This document shows, piece after piece, positions 1-11,184 of a stretch of DNA of 64,000 nt. The translations under genes were made by a program, and so were the position numbers. Within the stretch, counting starts at the first letter, position 1; the number at the start of each line of letters is the position of its first letter. The stretch is from contig JALDTO010000208.1 of assembly GCA_023515725.1 (NCBI GenBank), positions 186,001 through 250,000 of the forward strand. The letters are read 5' to 3'. A model generated the notes under the pieces. The model was given only the letters and a program-made list of their open reading frames with translations. It searched no databases and was not told the DNA's origin. Origin of the DNA: Amoeboaphelidium protococcarum X5 (Eukaryota > Fungi > Aphelidiomycota).

Positions 1-72
1 TCTGGCTGCCAGCTAGGACATGTAATATAGCATAAAAAGGAGATTATTAAATCAATGAGTGAGTGTGATAAT

Positions 73-462
73 TCATGCACTTATAATCATGTCATTGAGA
101 GATCGAGTGTTATCAGTGCTAAATCCAACGGCAGCCTCTGCATCTTTCTACGTGTACGGTTCCTCTTCATTGATTTCCTTCACTCTTCTCTTGTGGTCTT
201 TAGTCTTTAGGTGCGCGTCTAATGCCTTCTAATTGACAAAGTGCCTGGCACAATGCACGCACGGATGGAGTCCACCACCAGGTAGGTCCACGTTAAACTT
301 CACTTCAGCCTCAACCGGTGTGCCATCATTACTTGATCGAGTCAGTTTCTTCAAATCTTCATGAATCTAATCCAAATCCTTCACTCTGGCTCTAGTCCTA
401 AATTTTCTATAATTATCACGAATCTTGTGGTGTTTCCTACTCTTTTTCTATGCTCCAGCCAT
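73..462 (-). CDS. BUD20: Bud20/ZNF593 C2H2 zinc-finger 60S biogenesis factor (129 aa)
   Basis: With TAR=Gln: MAGAQKKSRKHHK...KDLDQIHEDL...DLPGGGLHPCVHCARHF...HLKTKDHKRRVK...EPYTQKDAEAAVG; single exon, ends TGA at 73-75. Confidence 0.93.
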
Positions 463-569
463 GACTTATTTCGCGTTTATCTATGTGATGCTTTATAACA
501 ATACAACGCAAAATGAGAAGAAAGAAGAAAGATAAATTTTAAGAGAGATCCATACATTGTCATAAAATT

Positions 570-1445
570 TCAACGTATTAGATTATCTTGAAGAAAGTTC
601 AATTGAGGAGCTTGACGGAGATATGACAATTTAGATGCAAAGTGCCATCGTAATGGCTTTTGTATGCGGTCAAGAGCGCGTTGAACTTGAAGTGTCCTGG
701 CCGAGTGATCTTCATGAGTTTAGCCTAATGCCAGCCAGCGAATGTTTAATTGAGTCAAGCACGGACTAGCGTCCACCTAAGTTATGCCCATACATGTTGG
801 CTTTAGCTATGGAAACTGAGGAAATTTCTACTGAAGGAGTTTAGGTAGAAGCTCTTTAGCCGTACTTTCCATCCTTATTTATCTTCTCGACTTGCCTTCC
901 CGCATCGATTACACTTACGATGATAACGCGTCAACCGATTCAGAATCGCCAGCTTGTACATAATCAGCATCACGGAACTTCTTCAGAGTAAGTCCATCTT
1001 TATTACGAGGCTTAGCGGCTGAAAGATATTATACCTCAACCAAGTGCTCTTAATGTTTGTCGCCAGATAATAGATTCTTTAAATTTCGCCGCAATTTTCC
1101 AACATTTCCTTTTACGCGATTACCATTAGATGGAGTCATGAGATATTCACTCAATGATTTCAACTCTGAGCGGGTAGGTATTGCCAATGGACTATGACTC
1201 TATGTCGCTTACTCAATCAATAAATTATTCAAGTCTTTATCCACATTTTCATGATATCGCGGAGTAGCAGGGATCTCATTCTATATCAATAATCTCGGAG
1301 ATATCACTTTCTTATCAGCAAAGTCTTACACTAAATTCTGAGTTTATTATTTCCTCAATAACTTTTTGGATATTCTTTCAGTCCACACACTAACCATATC
1401 CACGCGGGTTAGATTTGACGCGAATTGACGCGCACTTGATTTCAT
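570..1445 (-). CDS. Mitochondrial ribosome-binding factor A (RbfA-domain) protein (291 aa)
   Basis: Uninterrupted under table 6. Basic, Ser/Arg-rich N-terminus (MKSSARQFASNLTR). C-terminal RRQIRMES...GITQVDASPCLTQLNIRW...ALDRIQKPLRWHFASKLSYLRQAPQLNFLQD matches the RbfA KH-fold pattern (VT.V..SPDL...V......L....G.LR..L...L.LR..P.L.F..D). Confidence 0.72.
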
Positions 1446-1594
1446 ACTGATTTCGTATCTAATTTCCCACGAAGAAGAAGAATATTTATAGCTAGTTGAC
1501 GTACTATAAGCTCAATCTATAAGTCTACCGTCATACTTGCTTATAAACTAAAGCGCGCTAAATTTGATTGAACATTCTCCAGCATTGAGTAAAA

Positions 1595-1918
1595 ATGAAG
1601 GCCGTCAAATTGAATTAGCAATAGAGAACGTAATTGTTGGAACCGCTGTTAAAGTCTGGATGGACACTGAACGATGTGGATGGCAAAGAAATTATAAAGA
1701 AGTTGTACCAGTTCAAAGACTTTAAGGCTGCATTCGGTTTCATGACACAAGTCGCTCTTCACGCAGAGCAGAAAGATCATCATCCAGAGTGGTTTAATGT
1801 TTATAATCGCGTCGATGTTGGATGGTCTACGCATGAATGTAATGGTCTGTCCGAGCGAGACATCGCGGCTGCTCAGTTTTGCGATTCTTTATAACAAGAC
1901 ACTGCAAAGTCTAATTGA
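1595..1918 (+). CDS. PCBD1: Pterin-4-alpha-carbinolamine dehydratase (PCD/DCoH)
   Basis: FKDFKAAFGFMTQVALHAEQKDHHPEWFNVYNRVDV..STHECNGLSERDI; the ORF-track fragment extends to ATG 1595 and TGA 1916-1918 under table 6. Confidence 0.95.
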
Positions 1919-2022
1919 TCAAATGGAATTTATAATAATGAAATTAATAAGCTAAAATACTGATATATTTAATTCATAATATTCATTTAACGCGATTAAA
2001 CTTCAGCTAGTAATAGGGGTGT

Positions 2023-3429
2023 TCAGTAATGAAAATTCAACTGCTGTAGTAGTAGAGGAGCCATCCTATTCATACCGTAAATCAGCAGAGACGATAACAA
2101 AGTCCACTTGAACACCTTTCCAGTAAAGAACTACTCTGCAAACCAGAATCCAAACCATTGCGAGATAGACGTAGATCTGCCCAGCTAGACATCTTTACGC
2201 CAGGTGTACGCGGAGTTGTCGACGAAATATTAGTGAGGATGCATCCACTCAAAGTCGTCCACTGGCTACTGCAGAACAGATTTATCTAATGTCAAGTCTT
2301 CAATATCTTCCGTCTACTTGGTTCCACCCTGACATTGTTTCCATTGACGGAAGTAAGGTCCGTTGTAAGTGACACACGCATAATCATCAGTGACATTCAT
2401 CTTTGCATTATAATCATTCGTCATAGCCTTCCTCAACCATTCACGGAAGAGTTTAGGCAGTCCGTCCACTTGAATAGGGGAGTGCCACGCTTTGGCTCCC
2501 TAACTCAATCTTGCCTACTAGCCGTGCAATAACTCATAATCCTAAAACACAATCTTGGTTGATATCCAGCTATTGTAAGATAACGACAGCACTGGCACAG
2601 ACTCGGCCCAACGGATAAAAGAGCGCGCATGAGAGTAGATCAATCGCATATGACCCTCTTTAGTCGGCGTACAGTGCATTGTCTAATGCATCAGCCAGCC
2701 TGATTTTATATTATGTTGCAACAAGATGGTACATGGCGGGACAAAAATGAATCGCGACGACTTCACTTCACCGTGAGCCTACACTATGCCCGTTATAACT
2801 TTTTGGGAGTCGTTTCCTGGTACAAATTCAGATAGCTATGCAACTTTCATATCCTTCATCTCTATAGGCTTGGCCATACTACGCTTCCCAATCGTGCCAT
2901 CATGAGTAAAGGGAATATGCGCGGGATCCAGCAGATTCTCAACCATCAGCGAGAAATCAATATTCAGATCAATGGTTGAGACAAATGGGGAAGTGAAGGA
3001 TTTGGGATCATGATAATTGGTTGCAGTGCGCTGAATTTTACTCTCATCAGCGAGCTCCTTTGCGCCAGGCCATACCCAAATCAGACCATCACGTTCAACC
3101 AGAGGGTATTTATAAACTTTCGCGTTGGCGGGGATGTTACGATCACCCAGCTTGGCAGGGATTTCGGTACATTGCCCATCCACGTCATACTACCAACCGT
3201 GATACTTGCAGCGCAGTTCACCATTCTCCATAAATCCAATACTCAGAGGAGCACTTCTATGAGCACATCTATCAGCCAACGCAACCGCTACTCCAGCATC
3301 ATTGCGATATAAACATATAGGATCACCGAGCAAGTACAGCGATACAATATCACCCCGTCTCAAATTACGAGACTCTGACAATGCGTACCAGTACTCGCGC
3401 ATATTAGGATTGATATCGCTGACTGACAT
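2023..3429 (-). CDS. Rieske non-heme iron oxygenase, PaO/Tic55/CAO (VanA-like) family, 468 aa, hydrophobic C-terminus
   Basis: Rieske motif DRCAHRSAPLS...CKYHGW[TAG=Q]Y; mononuclear iron motif ENLLDPAHIPFTH; one reading frame to TGA at 2023-2025. Confidence 0.9.
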
Positions 3430-3730
3430 GATGTTGCCTGTTAATTTATGTGCTAAAGTGGTATAAAATAACTATGTCAAAGTGATTACCAAAACAAGGG
3501 GATTCTCTGTGAGAGCGTCGGGTGGAATTCGTAATCAGAATTCAGAACCGCGTGAGTTCTCACTAAGAGCAAAATATCTCTCACGATTAAACTGCAGTTC
3601 GTACCCTGAACATTGTCAATGCTGAAAGAGAAAATAAAAAATAGTAATTTGGTAAAACAATAGAAATTATTACTTAACGCGGTACAATACTCAATCACTC
3701 AAACATGATGCACACATTGATGATCAAAGA

Positions 3731-6130
3731 TCATATCCATAATTGGGACACTCTAGCCACGCGGGTTGGGTGCTCATAAGTGCGCCAATGACCCAAAGTG
3801 AGGCCAGGATACTGCGCACAATCAAACTCTTTATACGCATAGTGTTCTTCAAAGATCTGAGCATAATTCTACTCCACTCCCTGATCAACTTCAGCGGATA
3901 AATCGATATCCAACTTTGATTCTTAAACTTCCTTCTCACTAGCAATCTCAGAGTACTTGGCAATGTCATCCAAAGTCAAATACTTGCAGTATGGCAGGAC
4001 GTACTTGTTCAGGTACAAATTATATACCAAAATCGGCGCAAGAAGTGCCAAAACCAGAGCACCACCAACCCAAAATTTCTTCAACAGCAGCAAACCACCC
4101 AGTGTGATGGAGAACAAATAAAATCCAACCATAAAGCACGGCACGACGTAAATCATTATCTTTCCTCCCAATTCATACTCTGTCAAGTTGACAAATATCG
4201 CGTGATACTTTACAGTCAGATAGTATTGTGCAAAATAAATTGCGGAGAATGGCAGGATTAGAGGACTTATGATCATATACACCATCGTCAAGTTCCAAAT
4301 CAATACTGGCATGACCCAAGTGACAGCTTCAGCAAAATTTCCAGCCGATGACAGGTCATTCCGCATGTAATCACGAGGAGATTTACACAGGAATCTTAAT
4401 AGAGATGAGACAACAAGTCCCCCAATATTAGCCAAGCTCAAACCGAAAGCACCAATTCCACTCAGCACAATAAAGTTGATAAAGAACTGAGCAATGTTAG
4501 GTAGAGAAGTGGCTAAGATGGATGCAATAGAGCTAGGATTATTCAAAATATCCACAATAGCATTCACCGCAGTTCCAGCAATGGTCACAACGAGCAGAAC
4601 GTTGAACAAATTGAAAAAGTAAAAGCTCTTAAACACCAATACGTTAACGCGACTTTTACTGACGGCTCCCTATATCTTGGCCAGTAATGCCAAAATGGCA
4701 GGTACCAGAGATAGGAAAATAATAACAACCAGTGCCGGCAAAGTACCTTGAACCAGTCCTCTAATCCAATTAGGCCAAGACTCTGTCGGGATGTACTAGT
4801 CAATGCTAGACAGAAATGATGAGACGAAACCAATAGGAACAGCCCAAAAGATTGTAATAGCAATCACAGCGGCAATAAATCCAATACCACGCAGCTATCT
4901 GTCCCATTGGTTCAACTTCAAATTGTTCCAAATCATCTCATTTGGTTCATAGACAGGACTAACTTTCAGCTTCAGTGGATTACCAGACACCTTGGCTTGA
5001 CTCAAGAGGAGCGACTATGTGCAGCTCTTAAAAGTCACAATAGCGGACATTCCCTTCTAAATACGATCAGTATAGAAATTTTCAGGAGCACGGCGCTGTT
5101 CAGCCAACAGACCATCGTTGTTCTTGAACTTTTCAACATTCTCATCAAACTTGGCAGCCTTTTTACCATCCAAATGAACAGATGGTAGAAGGGCATCAAG
5201 ACTCGCCTACGAATTAAGAGTCGTTGCAGAAGAAGACATGGATATAGGATTAGATGGGCTCTCATTGTCACCACTTTTGGATTTATTCTGCTTGTGCTTG
5301 GCAGAAACCGCTTTCTCCAATTAAGTAAGATGACCAAAGCGAGTTTTCAAAGTCTATTCCAACTGGGACTCGTGCGTCAAGAATACAATACGTTCAACTT
5401 GATCTTCAGTCACCTGCAAAAGTGAAGAGATATATTGCTTCAGGGAGGCAGAACTTTAGTAACGCTCATCCAGACCGCTGATTAACAGACTACGATGCGA
5501 CAATCTCTTGATATTACTCAACAGGAAGTTGACACGGCTATGACGATACTTGCGCAAAAATACAATCAAACCAAAGAACAGAATTCCGACAAACAGATAG
5601 GCAAAAACTACATGAGTCCACAACCTACTAGAGCCATCAGCCACATTCTAAATACTGGTGACAGTATACTCACTATTGAGTCCGAATTCAGCAGTGGCAT
5701 TGACAGGAATGATAACTACTAGTCCAAAGAATGATAGCACACACAATACAACCACAGACCATTTCAGAAACTGCAACAGAGTAAACTGGTCCACCGAAAC
5801 TAATCTCTCCAGCTCGTGATCACAAGTTGAAATCAGCTGTGGAAGCCAGCGAAACGGACCAGAGGCCAAAGCAGGAGGCTTACCATACTGCACTCTCAAT
5901 CTCTCACGAAATCTGTATACGCGATGGAAGGTTGGTCTATCTTTTAGCAACAGGAAAATAACCAGACCAATACCGGTAGATATTAAAGAGATAATAACAG
6001 TTTGTGCAAGACCGTCATTAGAACCATTAGCAGTACTCTTCTCGGTACTCCCCTAATCTTGAGCAGCGACGTACGGCAGCACCAGAGAGGCACACAACAA
6101 AGACTTGACTAAAGCTTTCATAACACTCAT
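3731..6130 (-). CDS. OSCA/TMEM63/CSC1 (RSN1_7TM) calcium-permeable channel, ~799 aa
   Basis: ORF-track fragments 6053-6253, 5648-5950, 5456-5644 and 3923-4639 share one frame; motifs VYRFR, QFLKW, IIPVNATA, RLWTHVVFAY, LATSLPNIAQFFINFIV, ISPLILPFSAIYF. Start at 6130 (MSVMKALVKSLLCASLVLP, signal-like) is my choice. Confidence 0.92.
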
Positions 6131-6540
6131 GATATAGATACAAAAAACCACACAATAAATTATTTGTATCAGAGACGTTATCCAGCTGGCAGAAGATAAA
6201 GTGACGAAAAATGATAAAACGCGCCAACGATCGTCGTAACATCGATGAATCATCCCTGAAAAAGCGGTTTCACTCCAGTTTGACTTCTACAATAGGCAAG
6301 TGGTTCATGATTAATCTCAAAACAGTAAAGATACGCGAAATTTGTTTCTGGCATACACAAGTGAATTTTTGAGGGCAACTTTGGGAGGGGTGATCTACGG
6401 GAGATTCTCTTTAAGGTTTGTATGAAGCGCCTTCTTTACATTGTTTTCAAATGAGCGTTCGTCTTTATAGCATTTTTCCTTTGTATTTTCAGTGCTTTGA
6501 TTACCTAAATACCCTGCATCTTGACATCACTATTTTTGAA

Positions 6541-7335
6541 ATGTCTCTAGCAACTCCATAGTAGTGGTAAGATTTTTATAGTGGACATATTTCAACCTAT
6601 ATATATATATATATGTATTCATTGTGTAGGTTTTAAAAGTCAAAGAATGTTCAATTAGAGATCAAAGATATTCTTCCCCTATTGCTGGAACGATCTAAAC
6701 TTATAAAGACTGCGGATGCTGCCGCAGATGGTAACGGTAGCCTCTCACAAATCAATGATAAGATTAAACAGTAGGTGAATAATTGTTAGAATTAGATCAA
6801 TTAGTTGGAAGCTGCACTGAGCACTCTTGAGGGTGATTTGAATGTGGATGCAAACTCCATACGAAGAATGGAAAATGAATTGTTAAAGCTATATAAAGAT
6901 TTAGATGGTATATAAAAGAAGATATCCGCTCCATCTATTGGTCAATAATAGCAATAATTTGCCAGCAATAATAATGTATAGAGGAATTTTAAAGAAAAGT
7001 GGAATCTACCCTCTGATTCTGAGTAAATTAATGATGCCCAGCAGTTGAATGGAGTTCATCTTTAGATTATAGAAGAACAAGACTAGTAATTAGATTCTCT
7101 GTATAACGTAGTGGTTAATTAGAAGCATATTGGTATTGAAATCTCTGATGAATTGGATAATCAGGCAGAACTACTTGATCGACTTGAAGGCAACGTTGAT
7201 GGGACACAAGACCGTCTGGCTGGAGCACGGAGACGACTCGACAACATTTACAGAACATCGAAAGAGAAAGGAAGTCTTTGCCTTATACTTACACTGATTA
7301 TCGTGGTGATTGTACTCATAGTAGTTATTAAATGA
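6541..7335 (+). CDS. Qc-SNARE, syntaxin-8/Syn8-like (243 aa; intron 6567-6629)
   Basis: SNARE helix IIEEQDQQLDSLYNVVVNQKHIGIEISDELDNQAELLDRLE plus C-terminal TM; GT..AG intron 63 nt; ends TGA. Confidence 0.85.
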
Positions 7336-7393
7336 GCTCGCGTATTTCATTGTTAAAATCGTACTGATATCATTGTGAATGGAAAAAACATAT

Positions 7394-8194
7394 TCAGTCT
7401 ATTGGCTATTCTCTCTCTATCACAATTAACTCATACTTTGTTGGAGATATGGGACGCGGTATTTACATTTCAACGGGGTCCGACTTGAGTAAAGGCTTAG
7501 CATTTTTGATTCTTTCCAGTGCAGAGATATCCGAGTTAATTGACAACAAGTTTGATGGCCTATTCTTAAAGAATGGCTTAACCATTGGCTCATGCGCGAA
7601 TTTAATCTTGGCCTCACGCTCCAGTAACTCTGCAGTTGTGGGCAATTCATGAGCTTTTCCATCTTGCATCATTTAATCGTCATCATCACCAACAGCATTA
7701 ACTAGTATCTAATCTTGTACATGTACGGCTTATGATTGAGACTACAGCAAATTCTATTACTGAGATAATAACTGCGACTAGGAATTCAGAGTAGACCTTC
7801 GTCGTTATGGTCGAACCGTGCGAAGAATCACCTTGTTGTATTGACTGTTAATTTGAGTATTCTTTCTAGTCAATGCAGCAACTGTATTATTGATATTCTT
7901 GACTTTATGTACTCGGCCACTAGTCCGCCCCACCTTACTCGCAGATGTCATCTTTTTGGATTTATTAGACGATGAGACTACCCGCCCTGGTTGTTTAAAC
8001 GCGGAAGAGTCGACGTTGTGTGTTTCAGATTCCTCATCTTAATTTGGTGTTAATTTTCTTTACGGAACATCGGCTGCATAGTCGGACGTTTCAGAAACAG
8101 GCGGTCGTTCAGCTACACTCAAGGAATCCTTCTGATTAGTCACCGTATTTACCACATTGACCAGTCCTGATATCAACTAATGCACAATATCCAT
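7394..8194 (-). CDS. Hypothetical protein (266 aa; alternative in-frame ATG at 8257)
   Basis: Open frame under table 6 from ATG 8194 to TGA 7394-7396; low-complexity, no family recognised. Confidence 0.6.
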
Positions 8195-8474
8195 TATCGA
8201 TCTTACTGCAAGTTGTTGCTTAGAGACTAAAAACGATGTAAGATTATGGATGTACATTCTATTTTTAAATCTCACTCAGTAGTGCCATTTTTCTTAATCA
8301 CCTTCACGACATTACGTTGAATATACGCGTCAGTCTTCATCTTCTATAGTTCTTGTGCATTTCCTCGTTGGTTTCATATCGCTCGGCTGTTGTGAGACTT
8401 AGTGATCCGTTCTCTTCTCGTAATAAGATTTGTTACTTCAATTGATTCGGAGTTTAATTTGAACTTACAGTGCT

Positions 8475-9083
8475 ATGAGATTAAGACTTTGTACTCCAAG
8501 ACGATTGAACAGTGTTATTACAGAGACTGTGCCCGTAGTAAAAACATAATTAGATAAACCATAATTGATTAATTAGTTGAAGCATTCCGGGTACTCTGAG
8601 CAGTAATCAGAATGTATTGTTCGATGTTTTTCTGAGGTGCTGGATGATTCTTTAAGTATTTCCATGCAGAATATGCAGACTAAAGAGATGCAAGAGTAAT
8701 ATGTTAAAAAGTATAAAGATGACTTTGACCATTTGAAGTCTGAGATTGCCCTGTTGGAGAAGAATGACTTTGCCATATTGAAGCAGGAGAATGACAAGTT
8801 GATTGAGCAAGTTAATAAAATGAGAGCCAAGATGCGAGATGATCTTACCTCAGTACAAAACTCTATCAGACTGGATTTAAATCTGGATAAGAGTCGAGTT
8901 TAGTCTGAGATATCAGCGATTTAGAATAAAATTAAAGACACACAGTCTAAACTGGACAATGAATGCGATGACTGCCGGTAGCAGGTCAATTAAGTTCGGT
9001 ATGATACAATCAAGCTCATAGCTTACGGTGCCTCAACAGTTGCTTTTTCAATATTGGGATATGTCAAGTTTTTTAAAACATGA
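8475..9083 (+). CDS. DUF1640 family mitochondrial coiled-coil protein (FMP32/CCDC90/MCUR1-like), 202 aa
   Basis: LINQLKHSGYSEQQSECIV...LKSEIALLEKNDFAILKQENDKL...[11 protein letters not shown]...C-terminal TM; absent from the ORF track because of in-frame TAA/TAG. Confidence 0.88.
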
Positions 9084-9184
9084 TTTAACAAGTAATTTGT
9101 ATATAAAATTGGTAGTTAACAGTCAGTCCTATTCACATTTTTGTCACAAAAGAAAGCGAGCGTTCAGATCAACACCGTAGTATA

Positions 9185-9403
9185 GTTATAGCCTGCCGTT
9201 TACCTTTATATTATTCTTCTATGCGATTTGGTAGTGATTTAATGAAATTTCTGCATAATTTATAGTCGAACCGTTCCATACTGTGGTAAATTGATTTATG
9301 AGCTCTTGGCGGGTTGTTGGGCGTGAGATACCTTTCATAACCGCAATCTCTTTACTTAAGCCCATACATTTTCAATTGGGGACAGGTCAGGACTATATTT
9401 CCA
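9185..9403 (-). pseudogene. Tc1-type DDE transposase C-terminal fragment (frameshifted)
   Basis: WKYSPDLSPIENVWAQVKR (Tc1 SPDLxPIExxW motif carrying the third catalytic Glu), then after frameshifts RPTTRQELINQFTTVW and LCRNFIKSLPNRIEE. Confidence 0.85.
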
Positions 9404-10222
9404 GCTACTGGGAAGTGGGTCACCGGCCTATTGCAGAGCTTAACAGTTCGGCATGTGCCATATCAACATTAGGTCCTCCCGAAGTTAATCAGTCGGATGT
9501 TGATGCAGCACGCGCTCAAACAGTAAGATGCAGCCTTGGTCCGTCGACAGCCAACCCGTAGAATGTCAAGGCAATAGGCCGAACATGATAAACACAAACT
9601 ATCTATACACACAAATAACTCTGCGTTAAAGTTACCGCTGAATGTTTGTTGATCTATCTATGTTCGAAATCTTTAGAATGGCCATTCAAAGCAGTTAACC
9701 AGAAGACCATTGTAGATAATCCGATAAATAATAAAATTCTACTTGTACAGATACGAGACCAAAAGCGTAGAAGAAAGCGGCTGGCGATATCAAACTTTTA
9801 TTGAGACTGATACATCACACTGAACACTCTCACGACCAGTTGTTACACACGCGAATCACAAATTGACGTGGTCAACAGGCATCAAAACATTGCAGACACA
9901 CACATAATACAAACATTTTTAATGGACATTTTCATAAATGACTCTAATTCTTAAGAATAAAATAAATCATTTATAGTCTATCAGCACGACAATGATAATA
10001 AGGCGTGGACGGCTCAAAATTCACTTAATCTCAAGTGACTAAAAGATCGCGTCATTTGCTAAAGCTATCTATTATCATTACGTTAATGAATTTAATATGG
10101 AACCCGCTCTCCCAGGTCATATTTGTACATTAGAATTCTGATTGCCAATCTAGTGGTGTTCTCAATACCGTAACAAAGAGAAACAACAAATCACTCAAAA
10201 TAGACCAATTTAATAATCCTAA

Positions 10223-10555
10223 TCATTCATTTAATAAAATCGTATCCAGGTCTACCAAGCGCAACATATTCTTAATCTTTCTATGGGATAGGCCAGTTGG
10301 AAGAGTTGATTTATATTGAAGCAATTTTTTGTAATCTTGGTAGATAGAAGTAAATAAACCGTCATACTTATGATGAAACAATCCATCAATCACGTCGCTG
10401 TCTAAGGGATCTTCGCCGCATGACTTTACATAATCTCTGAGTTCATCTCGATGCTAAACTCTCTTTAATTGCACTGGGGGAACAAACTTGAATGCATCCA
10501 ACTCATCCCATCTTTACTCAACATGCTTTCTTTTGCTTCCCTTTTATGGGGGCAT
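10223..10555 (-). CDS. Small orphan ORF (110 aa) inside the Tc1 relic; possible SAM-like helical domain
   Basis: MPPQKGSKRKHVEQRWDELDAFKFVPPVQLKRVQHRDELRDYVKSCGEDPLDSDVIDGLFHHKYDGLFTSIYQDYKKLLQYKSTLPTGLSHRKIKNMLRLVDLDTILLNE*; intact ATG..TGA with in-frame TAA/TAG; the SAM resemblance is weak. Confidence 0.5.
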
Positions 10556-10863
10556 CTCAAGTCCAAATATAAATCCAGTTGGGTGGATTGTAATGGGATT
10601 ACAGTAACACAGTTGATCAACATCAAGTGAACTTGATTTTGATGTATCAGCGCTTCGCTGACACATCACATTCTAAATGCATCATACTTTAGCAAGCAAT
10701 ATGCGCACATGGTTACACATCTTGAAGTCGGCAATTTTTCACCACAGTATAAAAAGTAAATCTTTGGTATTATCTTATATTCACTTCACCATTTTATACT
10801 ATTCTTAACAGAACGCCGATTTCTCGCGGCAGACAACTTCGAAATGGTGCTAATTCAACGTTC

Positions 10864-11088
10864 TCAATTCGTATCTCCAATCATTCCTTAGGGGAGGTGT
10901 ACCTTCGCTGCTGCTTTGCGGCTAAAGTACTAACGTATGGAAGCTTAAGGCAGACCCACAGCGTCAGCCATTACTTAATAACTGTAATCTTTAGCTTTAA
11001 GACGTTCGATGACCTCAATTTCAAAGGGGGTCATTTTCAGTGAGCGTTTATAAGCCTTAGTTTGTTGCAATTCTCGATATATTGGCAT
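10864..11088 (-). pseudogene. Transposase N-terminal helix-turn-helix fragment
   Basis: KMTPFEIEVIERLKAKDYSYQVMADAVGLPQASIRQYFSR fits a Tc3/IS30-type HTH; the frame ends prematurely at TGA 10864-10866; ATG lies ~15 nt inside the right TIR. Confidence 0.65.
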
Positions 11089-11184
11089 GTTGTTTAATCG
11101 CTTTGTGAGCAAAAAGGAAACGGACTGAAGTTCAAATATAAAAGAATCTATATCTAGCAAATGCAATCAAGTATCATCATGTTA

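Larger units (their letters stand above)
9120..11131 (-). mobile_element. Degenerate Tc1/mariner (IS630-Tc1) DNA transposon with imperfect terminal inverted repeats and a replaced interior
   Basis: Left end 9120-9150 cagtcagtcctattcacatttttgtcacaaa; reverse complement of right end (11102-11131) acttcagtccgtttcctttttgctcacaaa. Transposase N-terminal and C-terminal fragments lie just inside the two ends, in the same orientation. Confidence 0.7.

Noticed and set aside
1-58. Possible 3' end of a plus-strand gene ending at TGA 56-58
   Set aside because: Only 18 codons visible and no recognisable motif.
6598-6614. (AT)n run
   Set aside because: Short microsatellite inside the syntaxin intron; unremarkable.
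9298-9561. Plus-strand 87 aa ORF; GACTATAT also suggested a group I intron core
   Set aside because: The opposite strand encodes the Tc1 SPDLSPIENVW motif, which explains the sequence; no other group I elements were found.
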